A DNA stretch of 64,000 nt from Spirochaetia bacterium (GTDB lineage Bacteria; Spirochaetota; Spirochaetia; SP-2023). Each line of letters opens with the position of its first letter. Within the stretch, counting starts at the first letter, position 1. The notes beneath the pieces are model-generated. The model ran no database searches. It was not told the origin of the DNA and saw nothing but the letters and a program-made list of their open reading frames with translations. Shown here one piece after another: positions 39,346 through 48,433 of the stretch. The translations under genes and the position numbers were made by a program. The stretch lies in NCBI GenBank assembly GCA_965263295.1, contig OZ253665.1, forward strand, positions 736,001 through 800,000. The letters run 5' to 3'.

Positions 39346-40353
39346 TCAGCGATGATGCCTGCAAATAAATAATGCCGGAGTACAAGCTTTTGCGCCTAAA
39401 AGAGCTTTCAGCTCTTCGTCCAATTTTAGCAGGGTCACGGAGGCGCCCGTCATTTCCAGCGAGGTCATGTAATTGCCGACAAATGTTTTATAAACTTTTA
39501 GGCCCTTTGTCTGGGTTTCCCGTGTCACGGCGCTATTCAAAAGGTAAAGTTCCTGCAGGGGACTCCCGCCGAGACCGTTGATCATTAAAGCTATCTCGTC
39601 TCCCGGCTTGTAGATTTGCTCGGCAAGAATTTTGTCGACAAGCTTTTCGGCGAGCTGTGTCGCCGGCAATACCGCCTCCCGGCTGATTCCTTGCTCTCCG
39701 TGAATGCCCACTCCAAACTCCATCCTATCATCTTCCAATGTGAACGTGGGGCTTCCCTTTGCCGGCACTGTGCAGGAACTCAGTGCAAACCCCAAACTTC
39801 GTACCTGCGCAATGACTTTTTCCGCTACTGCTTTGACTTCTTCAAGACTTTTACCGCATTCGGCTGCCGCACCGGCAATTTTATGGACCAAAATAGTGCC
39901 GGCAACACCTCGCCGGCCCGTGGTATACAGGCTGTCCTGCACTGCGACATCATCATTGACGTAGACTTTTGCCACTTTGATGCCATCGTCTTCAGCCATT
40001 GATGCTGCGGCATCAAAGTTCATGACGTCCCCAGTATAATTTTTGACGATCAGCAAAGTCCCTTTGTTTGATTTTGTCGCGACAATTGCATTGTAGACCT
40101 GTATGGTCGACGGCGAGGCAAAGACATCGCCGCAAACAGCCGCATCCAACATGCCTGTCCCTACAAAACCAGCGTGGGCCGGCTCATGGCCACTCCCTCC
40201 GCCCGAAATCAAACTGACTTTATCGGGGTTGAGGCTCTTTCTTTTGACAATTTTATATTTCAGGTCGGCACTCAGCAAGTTGGGATGAGCCTTGAGCATC
40301 CCGTCTATCATTTGCGTCACCAGATTTTCCGCATTATCTATGATTTTCTTCAT
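39346..40353 (-). CDS. dhaK: Dihydroxyacetone kinase subunit K
   Basis: SGGGSGHEPAHAG, KNYTGD..NF, GRRGVAG, G.GIHGE; start moved to ATG 40353 (MKKII, GGGGA/GGAG RBS). Confidence 0.93.
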   Translation of the reverse strand: MKKIIDNAENLVTQMIDGMLKAHPNLLSADLKYKIVKRKSLNPDKVSLISGGGSGHEPAHAGFVGTGMLDAAVCGDVFASPSTIQVYNAIVATKSNKGTLLIVKNYTGDVMNFDAAASMAEDDGIKVAKVYVNDDVAVQDSLYTTGRRGVAGTILVHKIAGAAAECGKSLEEVKAVAEKVIAQVRSLGFALSSCTVPAKGSPTFTLEDDRMEFGVGIHGEQGISREAVLPATQLAEKLVDKILAEQIYKPGDEIALMINGLGGSPLQELYLLNSAVTRETQTKGLKVYKTFVGNYMTSLEMTGASVTLLKLDEELKALLGAKACTPALFICRHHR

Positions 40354-40659
40354 AATAGTTTTCCCCAATTCTCCATAATCTTCCAAGATTTTTAATTCAG
40401 CGACAAAGCTTCTTGCCACATATTACTATTATATTATAAAACAAAAATGAAGAAATTACAAAATATTTTTATAAAAATATTTTAAAAATACAATAATTAA
40501 TATTTATAAATGCAGCCAAAGCGAATGCAGCAAATATTTCGGCATTGGACATGAATTGTCATTTAATCAAAGTGCTTGGTTAGTTCAGACAACGCTAGAA
40601 TCAATTGAAACTTATTAATACTCTAAAAAGACGTCTGGATTTTCAGTTCTTATTTTTTC

Positions 40660-41961
40660 TTATTTTTTCATGGGTGTATGCCAAGCTCCATCTCCAGGGC
40701 TATTGCCCGTTAGTTTTACATCTAAATAAACCAAACGGTGATCCGAACTAGCCGGGGGCGACTTTCTGATTTCATTTTCTACCAAATAATGTAGTTTATT
40801 TTTTATTTCTGGCCAAAATACTGCAGTGGCTAGCACCTTGATTCCGGCTACTGACGGCAATACGTAATCCGCACGCATTTTCCAGTCGGCTGTATGGCTG
40901 GCTGAATACGGATTGTCGGGAGCGTGCTCGGCGCCACCCATACTCGCCGGCAGCGGCTCTCCATTGATAAAATTGCTCTGAGTCAACATACTGATGGGAT
41001 CGCCGGTGGCATCCCCTTCATCTGAAGACGCGTTCAAATCGCCCATGATGACAAAACGCTCACCTCCGGCTAGCCCGCCGAAACGAGCATTATCGTCGTA
41101 GATGTAGCCGGCTAGAGTTGGGTCACAGTAGTCGCGCCAGAAGCGGATTTCGTCGTGATTGCGGCGGCCGTTGCGGTCCTCGTCGCCATCAAATACCGGC
41201 GGGGTTGGGTGACTGGCGAGTATGTGCAGAATCTTACCATCGACATTGATGGGTATGTCCCAGTGACTCTTCGACGACAGGCGCAAGACTTCCAGTTCTG
41301 CATCGCTGTACCAGTATTTTTTTGATTTTTCCTGGATTTTTTCTTGGGTCTCTGTCTGAGCTTCTGTCTGAGCTTCTGTTTGAACGGGCAGCATGGCGCC
41401 GGGCATATCTTTCCAGAGAAAGTGCTGGAAAGTGCGCACCCGCTCGACAACGATGGGGTGGCGTGACAACAGTACCATGCCATATTGTCCGGGAAATGCC
41501 CCAAAGCCATAAGCATCCCCCGCGCCGCCTATGGCGCCATTGTTGTCGAGATCAAAGCCGCTGGGGATGCCAGTATTGGACTCCGCCAGATAGAAATAAG
41601 GGTAGTCGATTGGGTCGGCACCATTATGTGCCACCTGTAAATAGTTTTCTTTGAAGGCATTGACTGCAGAGCCGTCTGCCACATAGTCAAACTCTTGTAA
41701 CAAGACAATATCGGGGCGTACCCGCTGCAGAATCTCGGCGACATGCGCTATCTGTAAATTGTCGCCCGACGACAAGTCGGTGAGTAATTTTCCCGCAGCG
41801 TTGCGATTGAGATAGACGTTAAATGTGGCAAGACGCAACAGTTGGGAGGGTTCTTTTGAACAAGCCCAGACTGTGAATGAAAGCAGCCAGAAAATAGCAG
41901 CAAAACAAAGTTCCTTCGTGCTAAAATACTTTCTTGCCTTACGTCTTGCTAACTTCATCAC
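40660..41961 (-). CDS. Exported endonuclease/exonuclease/phosphatase (EEP) family protein, probable lipoprotein
   Basis: ATFN, PD.VLLQEFD, RLSSKSHWD, SHPTPPVFDG, GDLN, DYVLPS, SDH; VWAC lipobox-like. Confidence 0.88.
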   Translation of the reverse strand: MMKLARRKARKYFSTKELCFAAIFWLLSFTVWACSKEPSQLLRLATFNVYLNRNAAGKLLTDLSSGDNLQIAHVAEILQRVRPDIVLLQEFDYVADGSAVNAFKENYLQVAHNGADPIDYPYFYLAESNTGIPSGFDLDNNGAIGGAGDAYGFGAFPGQYGMVLLSRHPIVVERVRTFQHFLWKDMPGAMLPVQTEAQTEAQTETQEKIQEKSKKYWYSDAELEVLRLSSKSHWDIPINVDGKILHILASHPTPPVFDGDEDRNGRRNHDEIRFWRDYCDPTLAGYIYDDNARFGGLAGGERFVIMGDLNASSDEGDATGDPISMLTQSNFINGEPLPASMGGAEHAPDNPYSASHTADWKMRADYVLPSVAGIKVLATAVFWPEIKNKLHYLVENEIRKSPPASSDHRLVYLDVKLTGNSPGDGAWHTPMKK

Positions 41962-42333
41962 CAGCCTCCCGTATTTTTGAAAGGGTTAGATCCTGCGTTC
42001 AGTAAAGTATATATTAAATTATTTGAATCATAATATTATTTAAAAATAATAAATTTTTTGTAATGATACTTATAGGCAAGATTATAGTAGCCGACATTAT
42101 ATAAATACTTTCTAAGAAATGAGAAACAAGTACTGCCAGAATACCCATATCCCAAAGTTGCATTCTGTGGTAAAACGACCGGCTGGCGGGAGTCTACAGC
42201 TAGATGGCAGGAAAGCTTATGCAGAGCCTTGACTTCTCTTGTTTTTTCTTGGCTTTTTGCAAGAATTTTGCCGAATAATATTTGTCTGTTTTTATGTCGA
42301 ATATTTAATTGAAGGCGAGTCGCTATGGCCGCT

Positions 42334-42402
42334 GACAACGTAAGGTAGATGAGATACATGGAGGTTGGGAGTGATTAATGAACCAAATCCCACTTCCTCA
42401 AC
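42334..42402 (-). pseudogene. Possible remnant of a PaiB-like FMN-binding protein
   Basis: Short frame VEEVGFGSLITPNLHVSHLPYVV resembles the PaiB N-terminal F..L.....SHLP motif; no intact ORF. Confidence 0.25.
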
Positions 42403-42577
42403 AGGGCGTACATTGATCGCGCGTCATATTGACGGGTTTATTCATTGTTCACATTCCGCAGCAATTTCTTCAGTGCAGAGTAACCTATAGACCCAGAATG
42501 AACATGCTAATTTACATGTAAAAAATAAAGAAGTACAAAAAGACATAGGAAGGGAACAACCCGCGCCGGGTTTGTGG

Positions 42578-42967
42578 CTATGCGTGCTTTTTGAATTTTC
42601 TGATCTGTCGCAGCGACAAGATTGCCAGCCCGGCCAGCATTGCCGTCAGAGCCAGCGGGTTCAGCACGAACAGCGGTCCCGTTGCAATCGGGAACAGCCG
42701 GCAGGCGCCAAACGCCACCGCGCTAAAGAAGACCACAGACACAAGCCCCCGCGTACTTCTGATGTGGAGGGCAAAGAGCGTAGCAAACCCTAAAAATATG
42801 AAAAGACAAGAAATCGGAATCAGAAAAAAGGCCTCGTGCACAAAGCCCAGCTGATCGACGTAGGCAGTTTGTTGATAGGCAAGGTAGCTGATGATGGCGC
42901 CAGAGAAGCAGGCCAAAGGCAGTAAGTTCCTTCTGAATGGTATAAAAATATCTTTTAGATGCTGCAT
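42578..42967 (-). CDS. Small membrane protein, DUF3955-like
   Basis: YVDQLGFVHEAFFLIPI motif; GAGGAG RBS; 4 hydrophobic segments. Confidence 0.65.
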   Translation of the reverse strand: MQHLKDIFIPFRRNLLPLACFSGAIISYLAYQQTAYVDQLGFVHEAFFLIPISCLFIFLGFATLFALHIRSTRGLVSVVFFSAVAFGACRLFPIATGPLFVLNPLALTAMLAGLAILSLRQIRKFKKHA

Positions 42968-43157
42968 TTGGGGCTCCTCTTAGGCTCCTCTAGTCTATGC
43001 TAGAAACTCTTTATTTTCAGTATAACAAAAATTTTACGGCTCAACAATATTTTTATCAAGTCTAAAGATCTTTTGTTTCAATATTTTTGGGCAATTAATG
43101 TCAATTGGCAGATGGCCAGATTTATCGGTGTCATGGCACAGAACGACGCGGGCTAGG

Positions 43158-44102
43158 TCAAACGGAGCGAAAGCTGTGCCCCAGTAAATATTCCAGGGTA
43201 TTTTGCAAGCGCGAAAATATAGTTGTGGCTATTTGGGCATAATAAGGAGTTTGGTGACCGAAAAAAAATTCATCCTGGCGCACAAAGCTACTTAAGTTCT
43301 GTTCGGCCCAGCATAGCAGGTTGAGTTCGTCAGAGCTGAGAAAATGGCCACTGTGCGCATGCGCACAGCGCGCGCACAGCAATTCACTAGCATCGCTAAA
43401 AAATATTTTCTGTGTCAGGAGTTCAAAACGGAGGTCGCAGTTGTGGCAGCGTTCCAGGCCAGGATGAAAGCCTTCGAGCAAAAGAGACTGCCAGAAAAAA
43501 CGCAGGCTGGCCAAGCGGCAATGTGCCGGATTGTCAAAATGCAGGATGGCACTCAGCAGGCTGCGCAGCTCGGCAAATACTGTGTTGCTCTGTCGTTGGC
43601 GCTGCTGCGGCCCGTTATATTGACCTTGATATTGTCCTTGATACTGACCTAGGCCGTGTGAGTGCAGCAGCAATTCCGACCACAGGGCCGCGTGCCGGTA
43701 GACTTCAGCGCAGCTGGGGGGGGAGAGCAAGAGGCTTGGGGCTTCAAGCTGCCAGTCGGCAACATGTAGGGAATGCCCCTTTCCCGCCTTAATATTTAAG
43801 GAGCCAAAGGAGTAGGGCTGGACCGTCGCCCGCAGTGGATTGCGTTTGCTCACAGCTCCGTAGAGAAAGGCTGAGAGAAGGCCGTAGTCTGGATTGAGGA
43901 AGATCGCGTGGCGGTGCAGGTCTTTCAATGGCTCACAAAATAGCAAATACGCCGGAAAATATTCGTGGTGGGCCACTTGATAGTTGTGCCAAATTCCCCA
44001 GAAGTTTCGTGGTTTTTGCCTCTGTATTCGCGCGATCCCGGAGTGCCGATCCGTCAGGATTGGAGGGCCATTCGTGGGAATTTCAGTTGAAGCTGGCTTC
44101 AT
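43158..44102 (-). CDS. recO: DNA repair protein RecO (divergent)
   Basis: GLLSAF.YGA.S....LRA.VQPY N-terminal OB motif; G..P.LERC..C ... LLCARC zinc finger. Confidence 0.75.
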   Translation of the reverse strand: MKPASTEIPTNGPPILTDRHSGIARIQRQKPRNFWGIWHNYQVAHHEYFPAYLLFCEPLKDLHRHAIFLNPDYGLLSAFLYGAVSKRNPLRATVQPYSFGSLNIKAGKGHSLHVADWQLEAPSLLLSPPSCAEVYRHAALWSELLLHSHGLGQYQGQYQGQYNGPQQRQRQSNTVFAELRSLLSAILHFDNPAHCRLASLRFFWQSLLLEGFHPGLERCHNCDLRFELLTQKIFFSDASELLCARCAHAHSGHFLSSDELNLLCWAEQNLSSFVRQDEFFFGHQTPYYAQIATTIFSRLQNTLEYLLGHSFRSV

Positions 44103-45040
44103 TGCAATGTTCTCGTACCTTCGACGTAAGCGGCAGAGGTCCCCGCATCAGAGGCTTTCTTGCGCGAGCGGTAGCCCAAGGGCCTAAAACTATAAATTAT
44201 ACCATATTGCCAGGGTTCGGTGGCGATGGCTTCGCCCCAAGGTACGAATATACTGACAACTCCCTGGTCGCGATTCATGATCTGGCCGGGAGGAAAAGAG
44301 ACTTGTATGCCGGATTTGCCAAAACTTAGCATGTCCAAGTGTTCGCGGTCAGGCTGGATGCCTTGTGAATAGTAATTGCCTCGCCCGATATATTCGTCGA
44401 GTTGACGCAAACAGGAGGCTGCCAGGCCACGGAAGACAAGCAGAGGCTCTGCGACGACATCCCCAAAATCGACCACGGTGCCAAAGCGCAGGGAATACAT
44501 GAAAGTCTCAGCCTCTGTCGTGCTGTTCTCGCCGGGGGCAAGTTTGCTTTTGGAGGATTCCTGGGCTTGCAGGACAATGGTTCCAGGCGAACTATTGCCT
44601 ATTTCTTTGGCTTTAATGTTTGTCTGGCCTCGTTGCACTTCTCGTGTTTCGTAGAGGACGAAAGAGATAATCCGCAGATCGGGTGAGCGCAAAGCGTCAA
44701 AAGTCGCGCGATAGATAAACGCTGTTCCCCGATTCAGATATTTGATGCTGTCTTCGTTCAGATGCTTGCGAAAAGCTCGGTACTTGCTCAGTATTCTTTC
44801 GCGCAGCAGGCCATCCAGGTTGGCGTTGTTCGTGATGGGGTAATGCAGCTCTGTCAACAGCAAGTCGGTCTTTTGGAGATAGACGCTTTGGCGTATGCCC
44901 GTAGCACCTAATATCTGGTCGCTGCTGCTGCATGACTGTGACAATAAAACAGTGATCAGTAACAGGAAGGCTGGAGCGCGAGGATCTCGAATATGGCGTC
45001 GCACGATGCGATTCTTCTCTTGTGATTGCAGGGCTGTCAT
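44099..45040 (-). CDS. Probable lipoprotein with DUF3298/RsiV-like C-terminus
   Basis: Start ATG 45040 just after upstream stop; LLSQSC lipobox-like; SGIQVSFPPGQI....G.V.IFVPW resembles DUF3298. Confidence 0.55.
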   Translation of the reverse strand: MTALQSQEKNRIVRRHIRDPRAPAFLLLITVLLSQSCSSSDQILGATGIRQSVYLQKTDLLLTELHYPITNNANLDGLLRERILSKYRAFRKHLNEDSIKYLNRGTAFIYRATFDALRSPDLRIISFVLYETREVQRGQTNIKAKEIGNSSPGTIVLQAQESSKSKLAPGENSTTEAETFMYSLRFGTVVDFGDVVAEPLLVFRGLAASCLRQLDEYIGRGNYYSQGIQPDREHLDMLSFGKSGIQVSFPPGQIMNRDQGVVSIFVPWGEAIATEPWQYGIIYSFRPLGYRSRKKASDAGTSAAYVEGTRTLQ

Positions 45041-45044
45041 GGAA

Positions 45045-46130
45045 TTACTTTTTACTGAAACTTTGGTGTGGTTCCAGCTCGCCGCCAAAGAGCTGGCTGG
45101 ATTGGATCCAGCTCAGGCTTTCCTGTTGCCACAGGCTAAGGATTTTCTGCCACTGCAGTTGTACTTGTTTGCGGGCATAATCTAGCTCATTGGGGTCGCT
45201 AGCTTTCGTGTCGCCTGCGTTTATCGGTGTCTGATGGGCGCCCGTGCCTTTTTGCAGTTGCAATAACAGCAGGGGTGGCAGCGAAAACCAGGCTTCGACA
45301 GCCAAGTCCCCATCTTCATCCTGGTAGTAACGGCAAAGAATGGCCTCGCGGTTGATTTGATTAATGTGGTTTTGAATTTCCTGTTCACTGATCGGTGGGG
45401 CAGAACCAGGCACGTCATGATCGACTTTGTTGTTGCGCCTTAACGACCAGTAGGTACTGAACAGGATTTGCTGGTCAAGCACTTGAAAAGTGATACTGGC
45501 CTGTTCTGGATCTTGGGCGATGGCATAGTTTTCCAGAAAACTGACCGCATAGCCACTTTGTCGCAGCAGTGTCGCGACAGCCTCTAACTGTGATTTGGAA
45601 CCGTAGAGTTGCTGCAGATCTTTGCTTTGCTTTGCCTGAGCCTGAATATCGGTAGCTCCTGGCCGAAAGAAATTTTTGAGCCAGGCGTTATTGAACACGG
45701 TAAAAGCCAGCATGCCAGCCAAAAGGAGCAGCGAAGCCCAAAGGTTCCAATGCGCGTTGGGGTTGCATAGCTCCAACAAGAAGTCACTACTTTCATAATA
45801 TTCTAGTTCGGTGTTTAAGCGATTGATGGCAGCATCTTGCGTGCCGGTGGAGAAAAATAGCCAAGATAACTGATTGCGGTCTTTAAAGCGCTGGGTGTTT
45901 TCCAGGTAGTCAAACTCCCAGCCGAATTGCAGAACCGCTGTGCGTTGCTTGGGCTTGGCTCGCAGTAAAAAATTTAACTCGCCGGTGCGCCATAAAACTA
46001 GCCTTCCTGGGATGATGCAGCAGGGGTCCTGGCCCAGGATTTCACAGTACTCCTGGATGCTCGCTTGTAGGTCGGGGACTTGTAAGGTGATGTGAAAACG
46101 TTTGGAATGACGTTCCTGGAATCTTGGCAT
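45045..46130 (-). CDS. Membrane protein: VOC/glyoxalase-like N-terminus, TM helix, YbjN-like C-terminus
   Basis: RFHITLQVPDLQASI..Y..ILGQ.P (CadI/ArsI-like VOC); TM WASLLLLAGMLAFTVF; INQINRE....RYYQDEDGDL.VE (YbjN-like). Confidence 0.55.
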   Translation of the reverse strand: MPRFQERHSKRFHITLQVPDLQASIQEYCEILGQDPCCIIPGRLVLWRTGELNFLLRAKPKQRTAVLQFGWEFDYLENTQRFKDRNQLSWLFFSTGTQDAAINRLNTELEYYESSDFLLELCNPNAHWNLWASLLLLAGMLAFTVFNNAWLKNFFRPGATDIQAQAKQSKDLQQLYGSKSQLEAVATLLRQSGYAVSFLENYAIAQDPEQASITFQVLDQQILFSTYWSLRRNNKVDHDVPGSAPPISEQEIQNHINQINREAILCRYYQDEDGDLAVEAWFSLPPLLLLQLQKGTGAHQTPINAGDTKASDPNELDYARKQVQLQWQKILSLWQQESLSWIQSSQLFGGELEPHQSFSKK

Positions 46131-46394
46131 GGCTTGATATTAGTGCAATTGCGCTTGTGCGTCCACTCGGCCAATAGGGTCAGGGTCGCCGCAAAGCGGC
46201 TTTAAATTACATCCGGGGAAAATGCAAATGGGAAAATGCAAATACGGGGCGACGAATAAGGTGTAGATAATGTGAAAATTCTTGATATCGTGTCCGCTAG
46301 ATAAAATGGCGCTCTGTTTTTGCGGTCTCCATCCCCAGTCGCCGATTCTCGGTCTCCATCGCAATTGCACTCCCTGCGAATGTGCCGATTTATC

Positions 46395-46423
46395 TTGCTC
46401 GCCACACAAGACATCGCTAGAAT
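46395..46423 (+). promoter_or_regulatory. Sigma70 promoter directly upstream of lepA (near-leaderless)
   Basis: TTGCTC-17 bp-TAGAAT, 9 nt before ATG, no SD. Confidence 0.55.
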
Positions 46424-46432
46424 CGCTTAACT

Positions 46433-48271
46433 ATGGCCAAAAAGCTCCCTTTCCCGCTGGAACGCATCCGCAACTTTTGCATTATCGCCCACATTGATCA
46501 CGGCAAATCGACGCTGGCAGACCGCTTCATTCAGGAAACCCGGCTGGTCTCCGAGCGCGAATTCCAAAATCAGCTGCTCGATTCCATGGAAATTGAACGT
46601 GAGCGGGGTATCACGATTAAATCGCAGGCGGTCACTATGGTCTACACGGCCCGCGATGGCGCGGAATACTGCCTGAATTTTGTCGACACACCGGGCCATG
46701 TGGATTTTTCTTACGAAGTTTCGCGCGCGATAGCTTCCTGCGAGGGGGCCCTGCTCTTGGTTGACGCCACGCAGGGAATTGAAGCGCAGACCCTCGCCAA
46801 CTTTTATATCGCCTTGGAAAATAATCTGGAAATTATTCCGGTGCTCAATAAAGTCGACCTGCCGAGTGCCGATGTGGCCGCGATTACCGCGCAGATTGAA
46901 CGCGACCTGGGCCTAGATGGCCAGCTCGTGTTTGCGGTTTCAGCCAAGACCGGCCTGGGCGTCGTCGATCTGCTCGAAGGTATCATCGAGCATTGTCCGC
47001 CCCCTCTGGGCGAGGACCGCGGCGAGCGCGAGGCCGAGCTGCAGGCGCTGATCTTTGATAGCCACTACGACCCCTATCGCGGCGTGGTCTTGCACATTCG
47101 CGTGTTTCAGGGGACCTTGCGCAAGAGCCAGCGCTTTCGCCTGATGCACGGCAAGGCCGAGTATGACGTCGAAGACCTCGGTTATTTTCAGATTAAGCTG
47201 GTTTCCAGCGACAGCCTGAGTGCCGGCGAAGCTGGTTATCTGATTGGCAATGTCAAAAACATTGGCGAAGTCACGGTTGGAGATACCATCACTTTGGCTG
47301 ACCGCCCCGCAGCCAAGCCGCTATCGGGCTTTAAGCCGGTTAAACCCGTCGTGTTTTCTTCGATTTATCCGGTCGACAGCAACTTGTATGACGATTTGAT
47401 TAAAGCGATGGAAAAGCTCGCCCTCAACGATGCTTCGCTGACATATGAGAAAGATGCTTCTGCAGCTTTAGGTTTCGGCTTCCGCTGCGGCTTTCTCGGC
47501 TTGTTGCACCTGGAAGTCATCCAAGAACGCCTGGAAAGCGAGTTTGACCTCAACATCGTCTTGACCGCGCCTTCGGTCCGCTATCGGATTGTCGGCAACG
47601 ACGGTAAATATTGGTATTTGGACAATCCGGCTCACTATCCGAAGTCCAACACGTTCAAGCTGGTCGAGGAGCCCTATATTTGCGCCAGTATCATCACGCC
47701 GCAAGAATTTCTCGGCGGCCTGATGACGCTGTGCAGCCAGAAGCGCGGTGTCCAGAAAAATATGCATTATCTGGATACCCAACGCGTCGAGTTGACCTAT
47801 GAAATGCCGCTGGGTGAAATTCTGTTTGATTTTTACGACAAGCTGAAGTCTGTGAGCAAGGGCTATGCTTCCTTTGATTATGAGATTGTCGACTACAAGC
47901 CAACTGAGTTGAGCAAGGTGGATATTTTGATCAACGGCGATGTGGTCGATGCGTTGGCGTTGCTGACGCACAAGAGCAGTGCGCAGCGCCGGGGGCGGGC
48001 CATTTGCGAAAAGCTCAGCCGTGAAATACCGCGCCACCAGTTTAAAATTCCGATTCAAGCAGCTATTGGGGGTACCGTGATTGCCCGCGAAACGATTAAC
48101 GCCCTGCGCAAGGACGTCACGGCCAAATGTTATGGCGGCGACATTACGCGCAAGAAAAAGCTGCTGGAAAAACAAAAGGAAGGCAAAAAACGCATGAAGA
48201 TGGTCGGTTCGGTAGAACTGCCGCAGAGTGCTTTCCTGGCCGCACTGAAAAGCCAGGACACAGAAGCATGA
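46433..48271 (+). CDS. lepA: Elongation factor 4
   Basis: IRNFCIIAHIDHGKSTLADR, DTPGHVDF, GFRCGFLGLLH, KCYGGDITRK.KLLEKQKEGK. Confidence 0.98.
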   Translation: MAKKLPFPLERIRNFCIIAHIDHGKSTLADRFIQETRLVSEREFQNQLLDSMEIERERGITIKSQAVTMVYTARDGAEYCLNFVDTPGHVDFSYEVSRAIASCEGALLLVDATQGIEAQTLANFYIALENNLEIIPVLNKVDLPSADVAAITAQIERDLGLDGQLVFAVSAKTGLGVVDLLEGIIEHCPPPLGEDRGEREAELQALIFDSHYDPYRGVVLHIRVFQGTLRKSQRFRLMHGKAEYDVEDLGYFQIKLVSSDSLSAGEAGYLIGNVKNIGEVTVGDTITLADRPAAKPLSGFKPVKPVVFSSIYPVDSNLYDDLIKAMEKLALNDASLTYEKDASAALGFGFRCGFLGLLHLEVIQERLESEFDLNIVLTAPSVRYRIVGNDGKYWYLDNPAHYPKSNTFKLVEEPYICASIITPQEFLGGLMTLCSQKRGVQKNMHYLDTQRVELTYEMPLGEILFDFYDKLKSVSKGYASFDYEIVDYKPTELSKVDILINGDVVDALALLTHKSSAQRRGRAICEKLSREIPRHQFKIPIQAAIGGTVIARETINALRKDVTAKCYGGDITRKKKLLEKQKEGKKRMKMVGSVELPQSAFLAALKSQDTEA

Positions 48272-48433
48272 GCCGCGCTGCCAGGGCGGGGTATTCCAAA
48301 CTGAATTCCGAGCAGATTTCCGGGTCGGTCCTCAAACATGGGTATCGGCGAGGTCGCTGTGCAGGCTGCCGGTAATTGAGAAGAGCGCTCAAACTTGCTA
48401 CAATGCGGCGAGCCCAGCAATACAGGGGATTTT

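Noticed and set aside
42036..42359. 107-aa ORF as a real gene
   Set aside because: No RBS or motif, runs into AT-rich promoter-like DNA; more likely decayed sequence
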